A DNA stretch of 64,000 nucleotides. Source: an uncultured Gemmatimonadales bacterium. Its GTDB lineage: Bacteria > Gemmatimonadota > Gemmatimonadetes > Gemmatimonadales > Gemmatimonadaceae. Shown one piece after another: positions 12,363 to 23,270 of the stretch. The notes under the pieces are model-generated. The model was not told the DNA's origin. It worked only from the letters and a program-made list of their open reading frames with translations, and ran no database searches. The stretch lies in contig OY969695.1 in the NCBI GenBank assembly GCA_963701965.1, positions 4,832,001-4,896,000 of the forward strand, read 5' to 3'. Each line of letters starts with the position of its first letter. Within the stretch, counting starts at the first letter, position 1. The translations under genes were made by a program, and so were the position numbers.

Positions 12363-13631
12363 GTGAGCGCGTATCGCGACGCGCTCGACTTCCTGTTCGC
12401 GCGGACGACCGGGAAATGGAAGCTGGGCCTGGAGCGCATGACGGCCCTGCTCGACGCCATCGGCCGCCCCCAGGAACGGCTGCGCGCCTTTCACATCGGC
12501 GGCACCAACGGGAAGGGGAGCGTCACGGCGACACTCGGCGCCCTGCTCCGCGCCCGCGGGCTGCGCGTCGGCGTGTACACGTCACCGCATCTCGTCGACT
12601 TCCGCGAGCGCTTCGTGATCGACGGACGGACGCTCACCGAGGGGGACATCATCGATTGGATCGAGCGGCGGACGGCCCTGGTGGAGCGGCTCGGCGCCAC
12701 GTTCTTCGAGGCGACGACGGCCATGGCCTTTGAGCGGTTCGCCGAGGCCGGCGTCGATGTGGCGGTCATCGAAGTCGGTCTTGGAGGGCGGCTCGATGCC
12801 ACCAACGTGCTGACGCCGTTGGCCGCCGGCGTGGCATCGATCGGCATCGATCACGTCGAGTACCTGGGGTCTACCCGCGAGCAGATTGCCTTTGAAAAGG
12901 CCGGGATCTTCAAAGCGGGACGGCCGGCGATCATCGGGGAGCCGGATGGCGCTATCCGGGAGCTGCTCGCGCGCTTCGCGGGCGCGGCCGGTGCGGCGCC
13001 TGTGCGTGTCGTTGCCGAGGATTCGCCCGTGAGCGAAGTGAGCGTGGAGGCGACGGGCGGGACGGCGTTCACGTTCCGTGGGGTGCGACTCCGCACGGGG
13101 CTCGCCGGCATTCATCAGGCGTCCAACGCCGCCGTGGCGCTCCTCATGGCGGAGGCGGCCGGACCCCCCTACGCGACGACGCCGGCGGAAGCCGCAACGA
13201 TCTTGCCCGGGGTGACGCTGCCGGGGCGATTCCACCGCGTGGGGCGCTTCATCTTCGACGTCGCGCATAATCCCGACGGCGCCGCGGTCTTGGCGCGCAC
13301 GCTCTCCGCGATCGCGCCGCCGCGACCCATCGTCGCGGTCGTCGCCGTGCTGAACGACAAGGATTGGCGGGGTTTCTTGACGGCGCTGGCGCCGGCGATC
13401 GACCGATTCATTCTGACGAGCGCGCCGACGGCGCCGGACGCACGGGCTTGGCGGTCCAGCGAGGCGTTGGCGTTTGCCACCGCGCAGGGATGGAACGCCG
13501 AGGTGCAAGACAATTTCGCGCGCGCGCTGGAGACGGGTGACGCGTCGGGCGGCACGGTGCTCGTCACCGGCTCGTTCCACACCGTGGGCGATGCCATGGC
13601 CAGCTTGCAGGTGTCTCCGCTCGCCGGGTAA
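12363..13631 (+). CDS. folC: Folylpolyglutamate/dihydrofolate synthase
   Basis: GTNGKGS, TSPHL, EVGLGGRLDATN, DVAHN. Confidence 0.95.
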   Translation: MSAYRDALDFLFARTTGKWKLGLERMTALLDAIGRPQERLRAFHIGGTNGKGSVTATLGALLRARGLRVGVYTSPHLVDFRERFVIDGRTLTEGDIIDWIERRTALVERLGATFFEATTAMAFERFAEAGVDVAVIEVGLGGRLDATNVLTPLAAGVASIGIDHVEYLGSTREQIAFEKAGIFKAGRPAIIGEPDGAIRELLARFAGAAGAAPVRVVAEDSPVSEVSVEATGGTAFTFRGVRLRTGLAGIHQASNAAVALLMAEAAGPPYATTPAEAATILPGVTLPGRFHRVGRFIFDVAHNPDGAAVLARTLSAIAPPRPIVAVVAVLNDKDWRGFLTALAPAIDRFILTSAPTAPDARAWRSSEALAFATAQGWNAEVQDNFARALETGDASGGTVLVTGSFHTVGDAMASLQVSPLAG

Positions 13632-13640
13632 GTTTGGCCG

Positions 13641-14924
13641 ATGTCGACCGGCCCACTCCCGGGATTTCGCGATTTCTACCCGCAGGAGTTCGCTGAACGG
13701 GCGTTCATCACTCGAGCGTGGCGCGATGTCGCGCGCCGCTACGCGTTCGTCGAAGTCGACGGACCACCGCTCGAACCGACCGAGTTGTATATGAAGAAGA
13801 GCGGGGACGAAATCGTCGGCCAGCTCTACAACTTCGAGGACAAAGGCGGGCGCCAGGTGGCGCTGCGCCCCGAGATGACACCCACCGTCGCCCGCATGGT
13901 CGCCGCCCGCGCCAACGCGCTCCGCAAACCCGTGCGGTGGTTCTCCGTGCCCCAGCTCTTTCGCTACGAACGGCAACAGCGCGGTCGTCTGCGCGAGCAC
14001 TTCCAGCTGAACGTCGACATCATCGGCGAGCCCGACGTGACGGCCGACGCCGAGCTGCTGGCGGTCGCCATCGACATCATGCGCGCGCTGGGGCTTACGT
14101 CCAACGACGTAAAGGCCCGGGTCTCGGACCGGCGTTTGCTGCGCGCGTACTTGGCGGCGCTCGGAGTGGCCGAGGATGCCATGGTGCCGGTGATGACGAC
14201 GGTCGTCGACAAGCTGGCGCGCACGCCGGCAGCGGTTTCGGCGGAGCGGCTCGGCACGCTGAGCGTGCCCACCGCCGCGATCGACGCCATCGTCGGGTTG
14301 CGGCAGGCCACCCTCGAGGACATCGAGAAGGCGGTGCGACACCATGGTGGCGACGTCGAGATCCTCGAGAGCTTCGAGCGATATTTGGGGTATCTCGACC
14401 GGCTCGTGCCGAACGCCACGGAGTGGGTGCGATTCGATCCGTCGATCGTGCGCGGCCTCGCGTATTACACCGGTATCGTGTTCGAGCTCTTCAATGCCAG
14501 AGGGGAGCTGCGCGCCATCTGCGGCGGTGGCCGCTACGACACGCTGCTGGCGACGCTCGGCGGCGTCGATCTCCCGGCGTTGGGGTTCGGGATGGGCGAT
14601 GTCGTGCTCACCGAGCTGCTGCACGACCGCAAACTGCTCGGCAATGCCACGCCCAGTATCGACTATTGGGTGGCCAGCGAGCGCGAGGACATCGGTGACG
14701 TCATGGAAGTCGCGCGTCGCCTGCGCGAACGTGGCCAGAGCGTCGAGTACGCCCTGCGCCAGCAGGCCCTCGGCCGGCAACTCAAGGCCGCGGACAACGC
14801 CGGCGCGCGCTATGTCGTGATCATTGGCGCCAATGGCACGATGGCCCGGAAGAGTCTCGCGACCGGCGACCAGGAACCCGGCATGTCGATTGATCAGCTC
14901 CTCGAATCGGTGGCTCCCGCTTAA
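13641..14924 (+). CDS. hisS: Histidine--tRNA ligase
   Basis: LRPEMT, FRYERQQRGRLREH, RGLAYYTG, GGGRYD. Confidence 0.96.
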   Translation: MSTGPLPGFRDFYPQEFAERAFITRAWRDVARRYAFVEVDGPPLEPTELYMKKSGDEIVGQLYNFEDKGGRQVALRPEMTPTVARMVAARANALRKPVRWFSVPQLFRYERQQRGRLREHFQLNVDIIGEPDVTADAELLAVAIDIMRALGLTSNDVKARVSDRRLLRAYLAALGVAEDAMVPVMTTVVDKLARTPAAVSAERLGTLSVPTAAIDAIVGLRQATLEDIEKAVRHHGGDVEILESFERYLGYLDRLVPNATEWVRFDPSIVRGLAYYTGIVFELFNARGELRAICGGGRYDTLLATLGGVDLPALGFGMGDVVLTELLHDRKLLGNATPSIDYWVASEREDIGDVMEVARRLRERGQSVEYALRQQALGRQLKAADNAGARYVVIIGANGTMARKSLATGDQEPGMSIDQLLESVAPA

Positions 14925-14927
14925 CAC

Positions 14928-16373
14928 ATGGCTGACGACAACAAGCTGACCCCACGCGCCACGGATTTCAGCGCGTGGTACAACGAGCTGGTGATCCGCG
15001 CCGAGTTGGCCGACTACAGCCCGGTGCGCGGTTGCATGATCATCCGGCCCGCCGGCTACGGGATCTGGGAGCTCATGCAGCGCGCCCTGGACGACATGTT
15101 CAAGGCCACGGGTCACCAGAATGCGTATTTTCCGCTGCTCATCCCCGAGAGCTTTCTCCACAAGGAAAGCCAACACGTCGAGGGGTTCGCGCCCGAGGTC
15201 GCGGTCGTCACGCACGGCGGTGGCAAGCTGCTCGAGGAGCCGTTGGTCATCCGCCCCACCTCCGAGACGATCATCTACGCGACGTTCGCGAAGTGGGTGC
15301 AGAGCTACCGCGACCTGCCGTTGTTGATCAACCAGTGGGCCAACGTCGTGCGGTGGGAGCTCCGGACGCGGCTCTTCCTGCGGACGTTGGAGTTCCTGTG
15401 GCAGGAAGGCCATACGGCGCACGCGACGCACGACGAGGCGGAGGCCGAAGCGCGGCAGATGCTCGGCATCTATCGCTCGTTCATGGAAGGCTGGATCGCG
15501 ATGCCGGTGGTCACGGGGCAAAAGACCGAGTCCGAGAAGTTCGCCGGCGCGCTCCGCACGTACGCGTGCGAGGCGATGATGCAGGACAACAAAGCGCTGC
15601 AGGCCGGGACGTCGCACAACCTCGGGCAGAACTTCGCCCGCGCGTTCGATCTCAAGTTCCAGACCGAGGCCGGCGGCATCGAGTTCGCGTGGAATACCAG
15701 TTGGGGTGTGACGACGCGCATGATCGGCGGGTTGATCATGACCCATGGCGACGATATCGGCTTGCGCGTCCCACCGCGCCTCGCCCCGAGGCAGGTGGTG
15801 ATCGTGCCCATCTACAAGGCGGACGCCGAACGGGCGCGCGTCCTCGAGGCGGCCGACGGGATCGCGGCGTCGTTGCGCGACGTCCGCGTGCACATCGACA
15901 AGCGCGACGGGATGACGCCGGGAGCCAAGTACTTCGACTGGGAGCTGCGCGGCATTCCCGTCCGCATCGAGGTGGGCCCGCGCGATCTGGATAAGCAGCA
16001 ATGCGTCGTGGTACGGCGCGACACGCGGGAGAAGCGGCCGGTGCCGCTGGCGACGTTGGGCGAGGCGGTGACCGCGATCCTGGCCACGATGCAGACCGAC
16101 ATGCTGCGGGCCGCGACCGGGCGGCGCGAGGCGAACAGCCGGCGCGGGCCTATCACCTATGATGAGTTTCGCCAGATCATGGACGGCGACGGCGCGTTCG
16201 TCTATGCCGGGTGCTGCGGCGATGCGACATGCGAGGCCCAGATCAAAGAGGACACCAAGGCCACGATCCGCGTGCTGCCCGATCCGGAGTTTCGGTCCGA
16301 GCAGGCGCCCACCACGTGTCTTCGGTGTGGACGGCCCGCGATCGCCGAGGCCCTGTGGGCGAAGGCGTACTGA
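14928..16373 (+). CDS. proS: Proline--tRNA ligase (archaeal/eukaryote-like type)
   Basis: RPTSET, FLRTLEFLWQEGH, QAGTSH, C-terminal Cys cluster ending AKAY. Confidence 0.96.
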   Translation: MADDNKLTPRATDFSAWYNELVIRAELADYSPVRGCMIIRPAGYGIWELMQRALDDMFKATGHQNAYFPLLIPESFLHKESQHVEGFAPEVAVVTHGGGKLLEEPLVIRPTSETIIYATFAKWVQSYRDLPLLINQWANVVRWELRTRLFLRTLEFLWQEGHTAHATHDEAEAEARQMLGIYRSFMEGWIAMPVVTGQKTESEKFAGALRTYACEAMMQDNKALQAGTSHNLGQNFARAFDLKFQTEAGGIEFAWNTSWGVTTRMIGGLIMTHGDDIGLRVPPRLAPRQVVIVPIYKADAERARVLEAADGIAASLRDVRVHIDKRDGMTPGAKYFDWELRGIPVRIEVGPRDLDKQQCVVVRRDTREKRPVPLATLGEAVTAILATMQTDMLRAATGRREANSRRGPITYDEFRQIMDGDGAFVYAGCCGDATCEAQIKEDTKATIRVLPDPEFRSEQAPTTCLRCGRPAIAEALWAKAY

Positions 16374-17605
16374 CGCTCGACGGCGTCGATCTGGAGCGGA
16401 TCGCCGCCGACGTCGGTACGCCGGCGTACGTCTATAGCGCGGAAACCATTCGCGCGCAGTTGGCGCGGCTCGAATCGGCGCTGGCGCCGGTGCCGCATCG
16501 GGTGCATTACAGCATGAAAGCCAACGGAAACCTCGCGGTGCTCCGGCTGCTGCGGTCACTGGGCGCGGGGGTCGACATCGTGTCGGGCGGCGAGCTGCAC
16601 CGCGCCCTTCAGGCCGGGTTTGCCGGCGCCGATGTCGTGTTCAGTGGGGTCGGGAAGACGCGGTTCGAGCTGCGGTGGGCGGTCGCCCAGGGCGTGGGGC
16701 TCATCAACATCGAGTCGCCAACGGAGATCGAGATCCTGGATCAGATCGGCCAGGAGCGCGGGGAAGTGATTCCGATCGGCATCCGCGTCAATCCCCAAGT
16801 CGCGGTCGACACGCCGCATCCCTATACGCGGACAGGGGAGCAGGGGGCCCGGTTCGGGATTCCGTACGACCAGGTGCCGGCGCTGGTGGCCCGCATCCGC
16901 GCGGCGCGCGGCGTGCGGCTCGAGAGTCTCGGCATGCACATTGGGTCGCAGATCGCCGACGTCGCGCCGTACCGGCGTGGAGCGGAGCGCCTGACGGCGC
17001 TGACCAATGCGCTCCGGCAGAGCGGCGTGGACACCCTCCGATATCTCGATATGGGTGGTGGGCTGGCGGTGTCGTATGATCACGAGGCGCCGGGTGATCT
17101 CGCGGCGTTTGCCTGCGTTGCGTGCGGCGCAGCGGCCGCGCTTGGCCTTTCGCTGATCGTGGAGCCCGGCCGGTTTGTGGTAGCGGAGTCGGGCGTGCTG
17201 CTCACCCGGGTGATCGACCGCAAGCGCAGCGCCCACAAGACCTACGTGATCACGGACGCCGGGATGACCGAGTTGCTGCGGCCGTCGCATTATCACGCCT
17301 ATCATCGGATCGATGCGGTCCGTCCCCAGGCGGCGCGATCCACGGTCGATGTGTGTGGTCCGGTGTGCGAGGCCGGCGACTTTCTGGCGCTCGACCGGGA
17401 GATGGACGATGTTGGGCCGGGCGCGCTCCTGGTCGTCCGGTCCGTGGGGGCCTACGGGTTCGTGATGGCGTCGAACTACAATGCGCGCCCGCGGCCGCCG
17501 GAGGTGATGATCGATGGTGGTCGATACGCCATCGTGCGGGAGCGGGAAACGTACGAAGATCTGGTGCGGCTTGAGTTGGGTTCACCCCAGTGGAGGAGCG
17601 CCTGA
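16355..17605 (+). CDS. lysA: Diaminopimelate decarboxylase
   Basis: YSMKAN, HIGSQ, EPGR, GPVCE, SNYNARPR; start inferred at GTG 16355 overlapping the proS end. Confidence 0.93.
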   Translation: MGEGVLTLDGVDLERIAADVGTPAYVYSAETIRAQLARLESALAPVPHRVHYSMKANGNLAVLRLLRSLGAGVDIVSGGELHRALQAGFAGADVVFSGVGKTRFELRWAVAQGVGLINIESPTEIEILDQIGQERGEVIPIGIRVNPQVAVDTPHPYTRTGEQGARFGIPYDQVPALVARIRAARGVRLESLGMHIGSQIADVAPYRRGAERLTALTNALRQSGVDTLRYLDMGGGLAVSYDHEAPGDLAAFACVACGAAAALGLSLIVEPGRFVVAESGVLLTRVIDRKRSAHKTYVITDAGMTELLRPSHYHAYHRIDAVRPQAARSTVDVCGPVCEAGDFLALDREMDDVGPGALLVVRSVGAYGFVMASNYNARPRPPEVMIDGGRYAIVRERETYEDLVRLELGSPQWRSA

Positions 17606-18102
17606 ATGCGCGTCGGCATCATGGGGGACAGCCACGACCGGGTTCCGGCGATCGCCGAGTTGCTCAAGCGAATGGCCGCCGGGGGCGTGGGGCTCGTGCT
17701 GCACGCGGGCGACTATTGCTCGCCGTTCGCGCTGGCGCCGTTTCGTGATCTCAACATCGCCCTCGCCGGCGTCTTCGGGCGCAACGATGGCGACCGCGAG
17801 GGGCTCAAGGCCGCGGCCAGCAGCGGGGTCGGCGCCGAGTTGTACGAGTCCCCCCACTCGGTGGAGCTCGACGGCCAGCGCGTGCTCGTCGTGCACGATC
17901 TCGGCGACGTGGCGGAGCGTTCGATCGAATCGCATGCCGTGGTCGTGCATGGCTGGTCGCACCGCGGCGAGGTCTCGTCGCGCGGCGACACCGTCATGGT
18001 GAACCCGGGCGAGGCCTGTGGCTGGTTGTATGGCGTGCCGAGTGCCGCGATCATGGATCTCGACACGCGCCTGGTCGAGGTCATCCAACTCATCGACTGG
18101 AA

Positions 18103-18109
<7 letters not shown>
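17606..18109 (+). CDS. YfcE/MJ0936-like metallophosphoesterase with altered metal motifs
   Basis: DSHD, HAGD, NPGEACG; GRND and GWSH replace GNND and GHTH. Confidence 0.82.
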
Positions 18110-19665
<1,556 letters not shown>

Positions 19666-19687
19666 ATGGTATTACAGGCAGCACTAC

Positions 19688-19716
19688 TTGACTGTCGTCG
19701 TAGTTGCGTATATAAT
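19688..19716 (+). promoter_or_regulatory. Sigma70-type promoter of the TA operon
   Basis: TTGACT (19688-93), 17 nt, TATAAT (19711-16); flanked by inverted repeat GGTATTA/TAATACC. Confidence 0.75.
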
Positions 19717-19721
19717 ACCGA

Positions 19722-20153
19722 GTGGCGCTTGCGCGGGTAGTCCTCGACACGAACGTACTAGTCGCCGGACTAAGATCCCGTCGTGGCGCGTCGGCTCTGT
19801 TGCTCGATGTCGTTGGGCAAGGATTAGTCGAGGTGGCCTTGTCGGTACCGGTCGTCTTGGAGTACGAGGACGTGCTCAAGAGGCCCGGCACCGTGCAGAC
19901 ATATTCGGCCGCTGAGATCGACGAGCTTCTGAACGGGCTGTGTGCCGTGGCCCACCGTCAGGAGATTCATTTTCTGTGGCGACCTCAGTTGCGCGATCCT
20001 GGTGACGAAGCATTCCTGGAACTCGCGGTCGCTGCGGGCGGGATACCAATTGTCACTTATAACGCTGCCCACTTCGCTGGAGCGGAGCGGTTTGGTGTTG
20101 CGATCCGCACCGCGCTCGATGTGCTGCGAGAGATTGGAGCGCTCAATGGGTGA
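19722..20153 (+). CDS. PIN-domain (VapC-like) toxin
   Basis: VVLDTNVLV, LEYEDVL, RDPGDEAFLELA, IVTYN. Confidence 0.9.
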   Translation: MALARVVLDTNVLVAGLRSRRGASALLLDVVGQGLVEVALSVPVVLEYEDVLKRPGTVQTYSAAEIDELLNGLCAVAHRQEIHFLWRPQLRDPGDEAFLELAVAAGGIPIVTYNAAHFAGAERFGVAIRTALDVLREIGALNG

Positions 20154-20189
20154 GCGAATGAGTCAGAGAGTGTCACGAGGAGAGTGTGT

Positions 20190-20432
20190 ATGAGCACCGT
20201 GAGCTTGCGACTGCCGCGTTCGATCCACGAACGGATCAAGGAATTGGCCAAACGCGATGGGACGTCCATCAACCAGTTCTTGGCCACGGCAGCGGCGGAG
20301 AAGGTGGCCGCGTTGGATGCGGCCGACTATCTAGAGGCGCGGGCGCGGAAGGGAACGCGAGCGCGCTTCTTGGAACTGGTGCGCCGCGCTCCCGACGTGG
20401 AACCAGAGCCGCACGACAGATTGCCGGAGTAG
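20190..20432 (+). CDS. Ribbon-helix-helix antitoxin (HicB-like)
   Basis: STVSLRLPRSIH, GTSINQFLATAAAEK; GAGGAG RBS; next to the PIN gene. Confidence 0.85.
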   Translation: MSTVSLRLPRSIHERIKELAKRDGTSINQFLATAAAEKVAALDAADYLEARARKGTRARFLELVRRAPDVEPEPHDRLPE

Positions 20433-20544
20433 TGCATCGGAAGTCCGTTCGTGCGGGCGCCGTATTGCTCGGGACTGGATTCGTCAGGTCGGTTGATGCT
20501 CGATCCGCCGGCGAGGGCCGAGTGGGAGTAATGGGGACGAAATC

Positions 20545-21252
20545 ATGAAGTCTTTGCTTGTCCCTCTCGGGCTTGTGGGATTGATGGCGGTTACACTGGC
20601 CGTGCCGGACGCGACGCGGCTACAAACGGGCACATTCGTCTACAGTGATCAGCAGAACGGCAAGGAGCTAGGCCGTAGCCGGATCACCATCACGAAGCAA
20701 GGCGATGGTACGTATCGCTTCGCCAATGAGGGGATCGGCCACGCCGCGCAGACGTGGACCGCGATCGCGAGCGCGCGGCGCGCGCCGGTGTCCGCCCAGC
20801 TGTCTTTCGGCAGCGGCGACCAGCAGCGACTGATCTTCGACATTCACTATCGCGATGGCCGCGTGCGCGGCTTTCGCGTCGAAAACGCGCAAAGGATTCC
20901 TGTCGATACGGCCGTGCCGTCAGGCATCATCGATCAGCGCATCGATTGGGCGACGGTGATGGCGAATACGCTCACCGTGGGCGAACAGTTCGCTTTCAAG
21001 GTGTTTGATCCCAAGATCGCGATCAGCGATGCCGTGGCGACGGTAGAGGACGCGGAGCGCATTCATGTCCCGGCCGGCGACTTCGACACGATCAAGATCG
21101 TGTATCAGATCTCCAAGAAGACCGGCACCGAGCAGTATACGGTATTCACCAATGCGCACGGCCCGCGCATGATGATCCGCGAGGATTTCCCGGACGGGAC
21201 GTCGTCGCAGCTGGTCAGGTCGGCGCCAGTGGCAGCGCGTGGTTGGGACTGA
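20545..21252 (+). CDS. Secreted beta-rich hypothetical protein (DUF3108-like)
   Basis: Signal peptide; E-x-I-x-VPAG-x-FDT motif. Confidence 0.6.
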   Translation: MKSLLVPLGLVGLMAVTLAVPDATRLQTGTFVYSDQQNGKELGRSRITITKQGDGTYRFANEGIGHAAQTWTAIASARRAPVSAQLSFGSGDQQRLIFDIHYRDGRVRGFRVENAQRIPVDTAVPSGIIDQRIDWATVMANTLTVGEQFAFKVFDPKIAISDAVATVEDAERIHVPAGDFDTIKIVYQISKKTGTEQYTVFTNAHGPRMMIREDFPDGTSSQLVRSAPVAARGWD

Positions 21253-21883
21253 AACGCCCCACCGCGCCAATGCCGAATTGATCGGCCACCCGCACCAGCT
21301 CGGCCAGCGACTCGACCTGCATCTTCGCCATCACGCGGGCCCGATGCACCTTGATGGTCTTGAGTGCCGCGCCGAGCGTCCCGGCGATCTGCTTGTTCAG
21401 CATCCCCGTCACGACCAGCTCCAACACCTGTCGTTCGCGCGGCGTGAGCGTACTGATGCGGCGCGCGAGCGCATTGCGGGCGCTGCGCTGCCAGCGCTGC
21501 GCTTGGTCGGCGGCGAGCGCCCGGCGCACCGCCGCGACCAGCTCGGACTCGCCGATCGGCTTGGTCAAGAAATCGAAGGCCCCGGCCTTTATCGCGCGAA
21601 CCGAGGTGCGGATGTCCGCGCACGCCGCCACATAGATGACCGGCATCTCGCACCCGCTGGCGGTGAGGCGCTCGTGAGCCGTAAATGCATCAAGGTCCGG
21701 CAAATGCACGCTCATGAGCACACAACCGGGCCGGTCAGCGACGGCGCTGCCGAGCAACGCGTTCGCCGAATCGTACGCTTCGATCGACCAGTCCGCCGCG
21801 GCAAGGCACGCCTGCAAGGCTGCCGAGACCGCGAAGTCATCATCGACAATGATGATGACGGGCGCTGTTGGTATCACCATCAC
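21215..21883 (-). CDS. FixJ/LuxR-family response regulator with atypical receiver
   Basis: IVDDD, DFLTKP, LTPRERQV, NKQIA, TIKVHRARVMAKM; phospho-Asp position is Ser. Confidence 0.88.
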   Translation of the reverse strand: MMVIPTAPVIIIVDDDFAVSAALQACLAAADWSIEAYDSANALLGSAVADRPGCVLMSVHLPDLDAFTAHERLTASGCEMPVIYVAACADIRTSVRAIKAGAFDFLTKPIGESELVAAVRRALAADQAQRWQRSARNALARRISTLTPRERQVLELVVTGMLNKQIAGTLGAALKTIKVHRARVMAKMQVESLAELVRVADQFGIGAVGRFSPNHALPLAPT

Positions 21884-21999
21884 CCTCTCAGCCGACGTGA
21901 CACGTCAAACCTGACGGGTCCGTGCCGTGGATCAGGAGGGGTGATGCTCCGAGTGTCTGTAACGGAGGGACGAATCCCGGGTCTCGCGGGATCGAGACC

Positions 22000-22729
22000 T
22001 TAGCCGATGCGCTTCCAGACCACGTCGCGGGCCTCGCGTCGATCGACAAATCCGGTGACCCGACCCTTGGCGTCGTGTTCGAAGATACGCCGGGTGCGCG
22101 GCTGGCCAGCCTCGAAGAACACGTCGGCTGCCTCGGCCAGAAATGTCCGGTTCGGCCTACCCTCGCGCTCGACGACCAGAGTGCTGTCGGCACAGCGGAT
22201 CGTCGCGACGATATCGGCGGTCATCGCGTAGCGACCGGCGTACCCGCACAGGACCGCACGGTCAAGACGGATGGCCGGCGGGTCCTTGAGCACCGCGAGC
22301 ACTTGTTCGGCCAGCAGCCGCCAGCCGCCAGCGCTGTCGCGCCAGGTGTCGGTCATCCGAAACCGGCTCTTGATCACCTGGCCGTGGTAGTCGAGATACT
22401 CGTCATCCTCGTGCGTGACAACCGCCATGTCACCCTGGACGATCGCACGGAAATCGTCGATCGTCAGAATGTCCGACCAAACCGGGTGGCAGCGGCTTTA
22501 AGCTTTCGAGCACTTGGGACTTCGTGTGTATGACGTCGTTCTCATCGACCTGGATCGCCCGCGGATCGAGCAGCGCGTTCCACACCGCGGTGTCGCCAGG
22601 AGCAACGGCGTCGAGCAGTCTTTGCGTATTGGCTTTCAGCTCGGTCTCGACCGACGGGCGCGCAGCCGGCGCCCGGCACGCAGCAGTGAACGCGGCGACG
22701 GCGGTGATAACGGCGACCGACGCCCGCAC
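22000..22729 (-). pseudogene. NTF2/DUF4440-like lipoprotein split by a +1 frameshift (may be a sequencing error)
   Basis: ORFs 22430-22729 and 22000-22428 join (PPGLVGH-LTIDDFRAIVQGDMAVVTHEDDE) if one base is removed at 22468-69. Confidence 0.75.
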
Positions 22730-22733
22730 TGTG

Positions 22734-23186
22734 CTAGACGCCCTTTTCCTGCAGTAGCGCCATGAACTGTGCCGGCTCGGTCAGACCGAGGAGCCGTTGT
22801 GGCACATCCGGCTCTTTGCTGAACTGCGCGATCTTGCCGAGGACCGGGAGATACTGGTTCGAGACCTCCAGCGGCGGCGCCACGATCAGAAAGAAGAAGT
22901 AGACGGGCTTCTCGTCGATCGCCTTGAAGTCGACGCCGGCCGCCTTGCGCCCAAACGCGACCCGCAGCTTGTTGACCACGAGCGAGCGGCAGTGGGGAAT
23001 CGCGATGCCGCGCCCGATACCCGTCGACCCCAGGTTCTCGCGGCGCTTGAGCATCTTGAACAACATCCCTTCCGACTTCTCGTCCAGTTTGAGCAAGGAG
23101 ATCAGCTCTTTCAGAATCTCGTCTTTCGTAGTGCCGGCGAGATCGAGCTTGATGGCGTCCTCAGAAAAAAACTCACGTAGTTCCAT
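22734..23186 (-). CDS. ptsN: PTS EIIA (nitrogen-regulatory/fructose-type) protein
   Basis: RENLGSTGIGRGIAIPH, DFKAIDEKPV. Confidence 0.85.
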   Translation of the reverse strand: MELREFFSEDAIKLDLAGTTKDEILKELISLLKLDEKSEGMLFKMLKRRENLGSTGIGRGIAIPHCRSLVVNKLRVAFGRKAAGVDFKAIDEKPVYFFFLIVAPPLEVSNQYLPVLGKIAQFSKEPDVPQRLLGLTEPAQFMALLQEKGV

Positions 23187-23270
23187 GCCGGGCCCTCGTT
23201 AGAAACAGTGGCGCGCGAACGCGGAAACCTATTACGCGTACGACGGGAAAGCTATTACGTTGATAGGGTT

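Noticed and set aside
12582..16559. Long antisense ORFs (1325 aa here; also 768-3158, 51755-53884 and similar)
   Set aside because: Shadow frames of well-supported genes, expected at high GC, with no recognisable motifs
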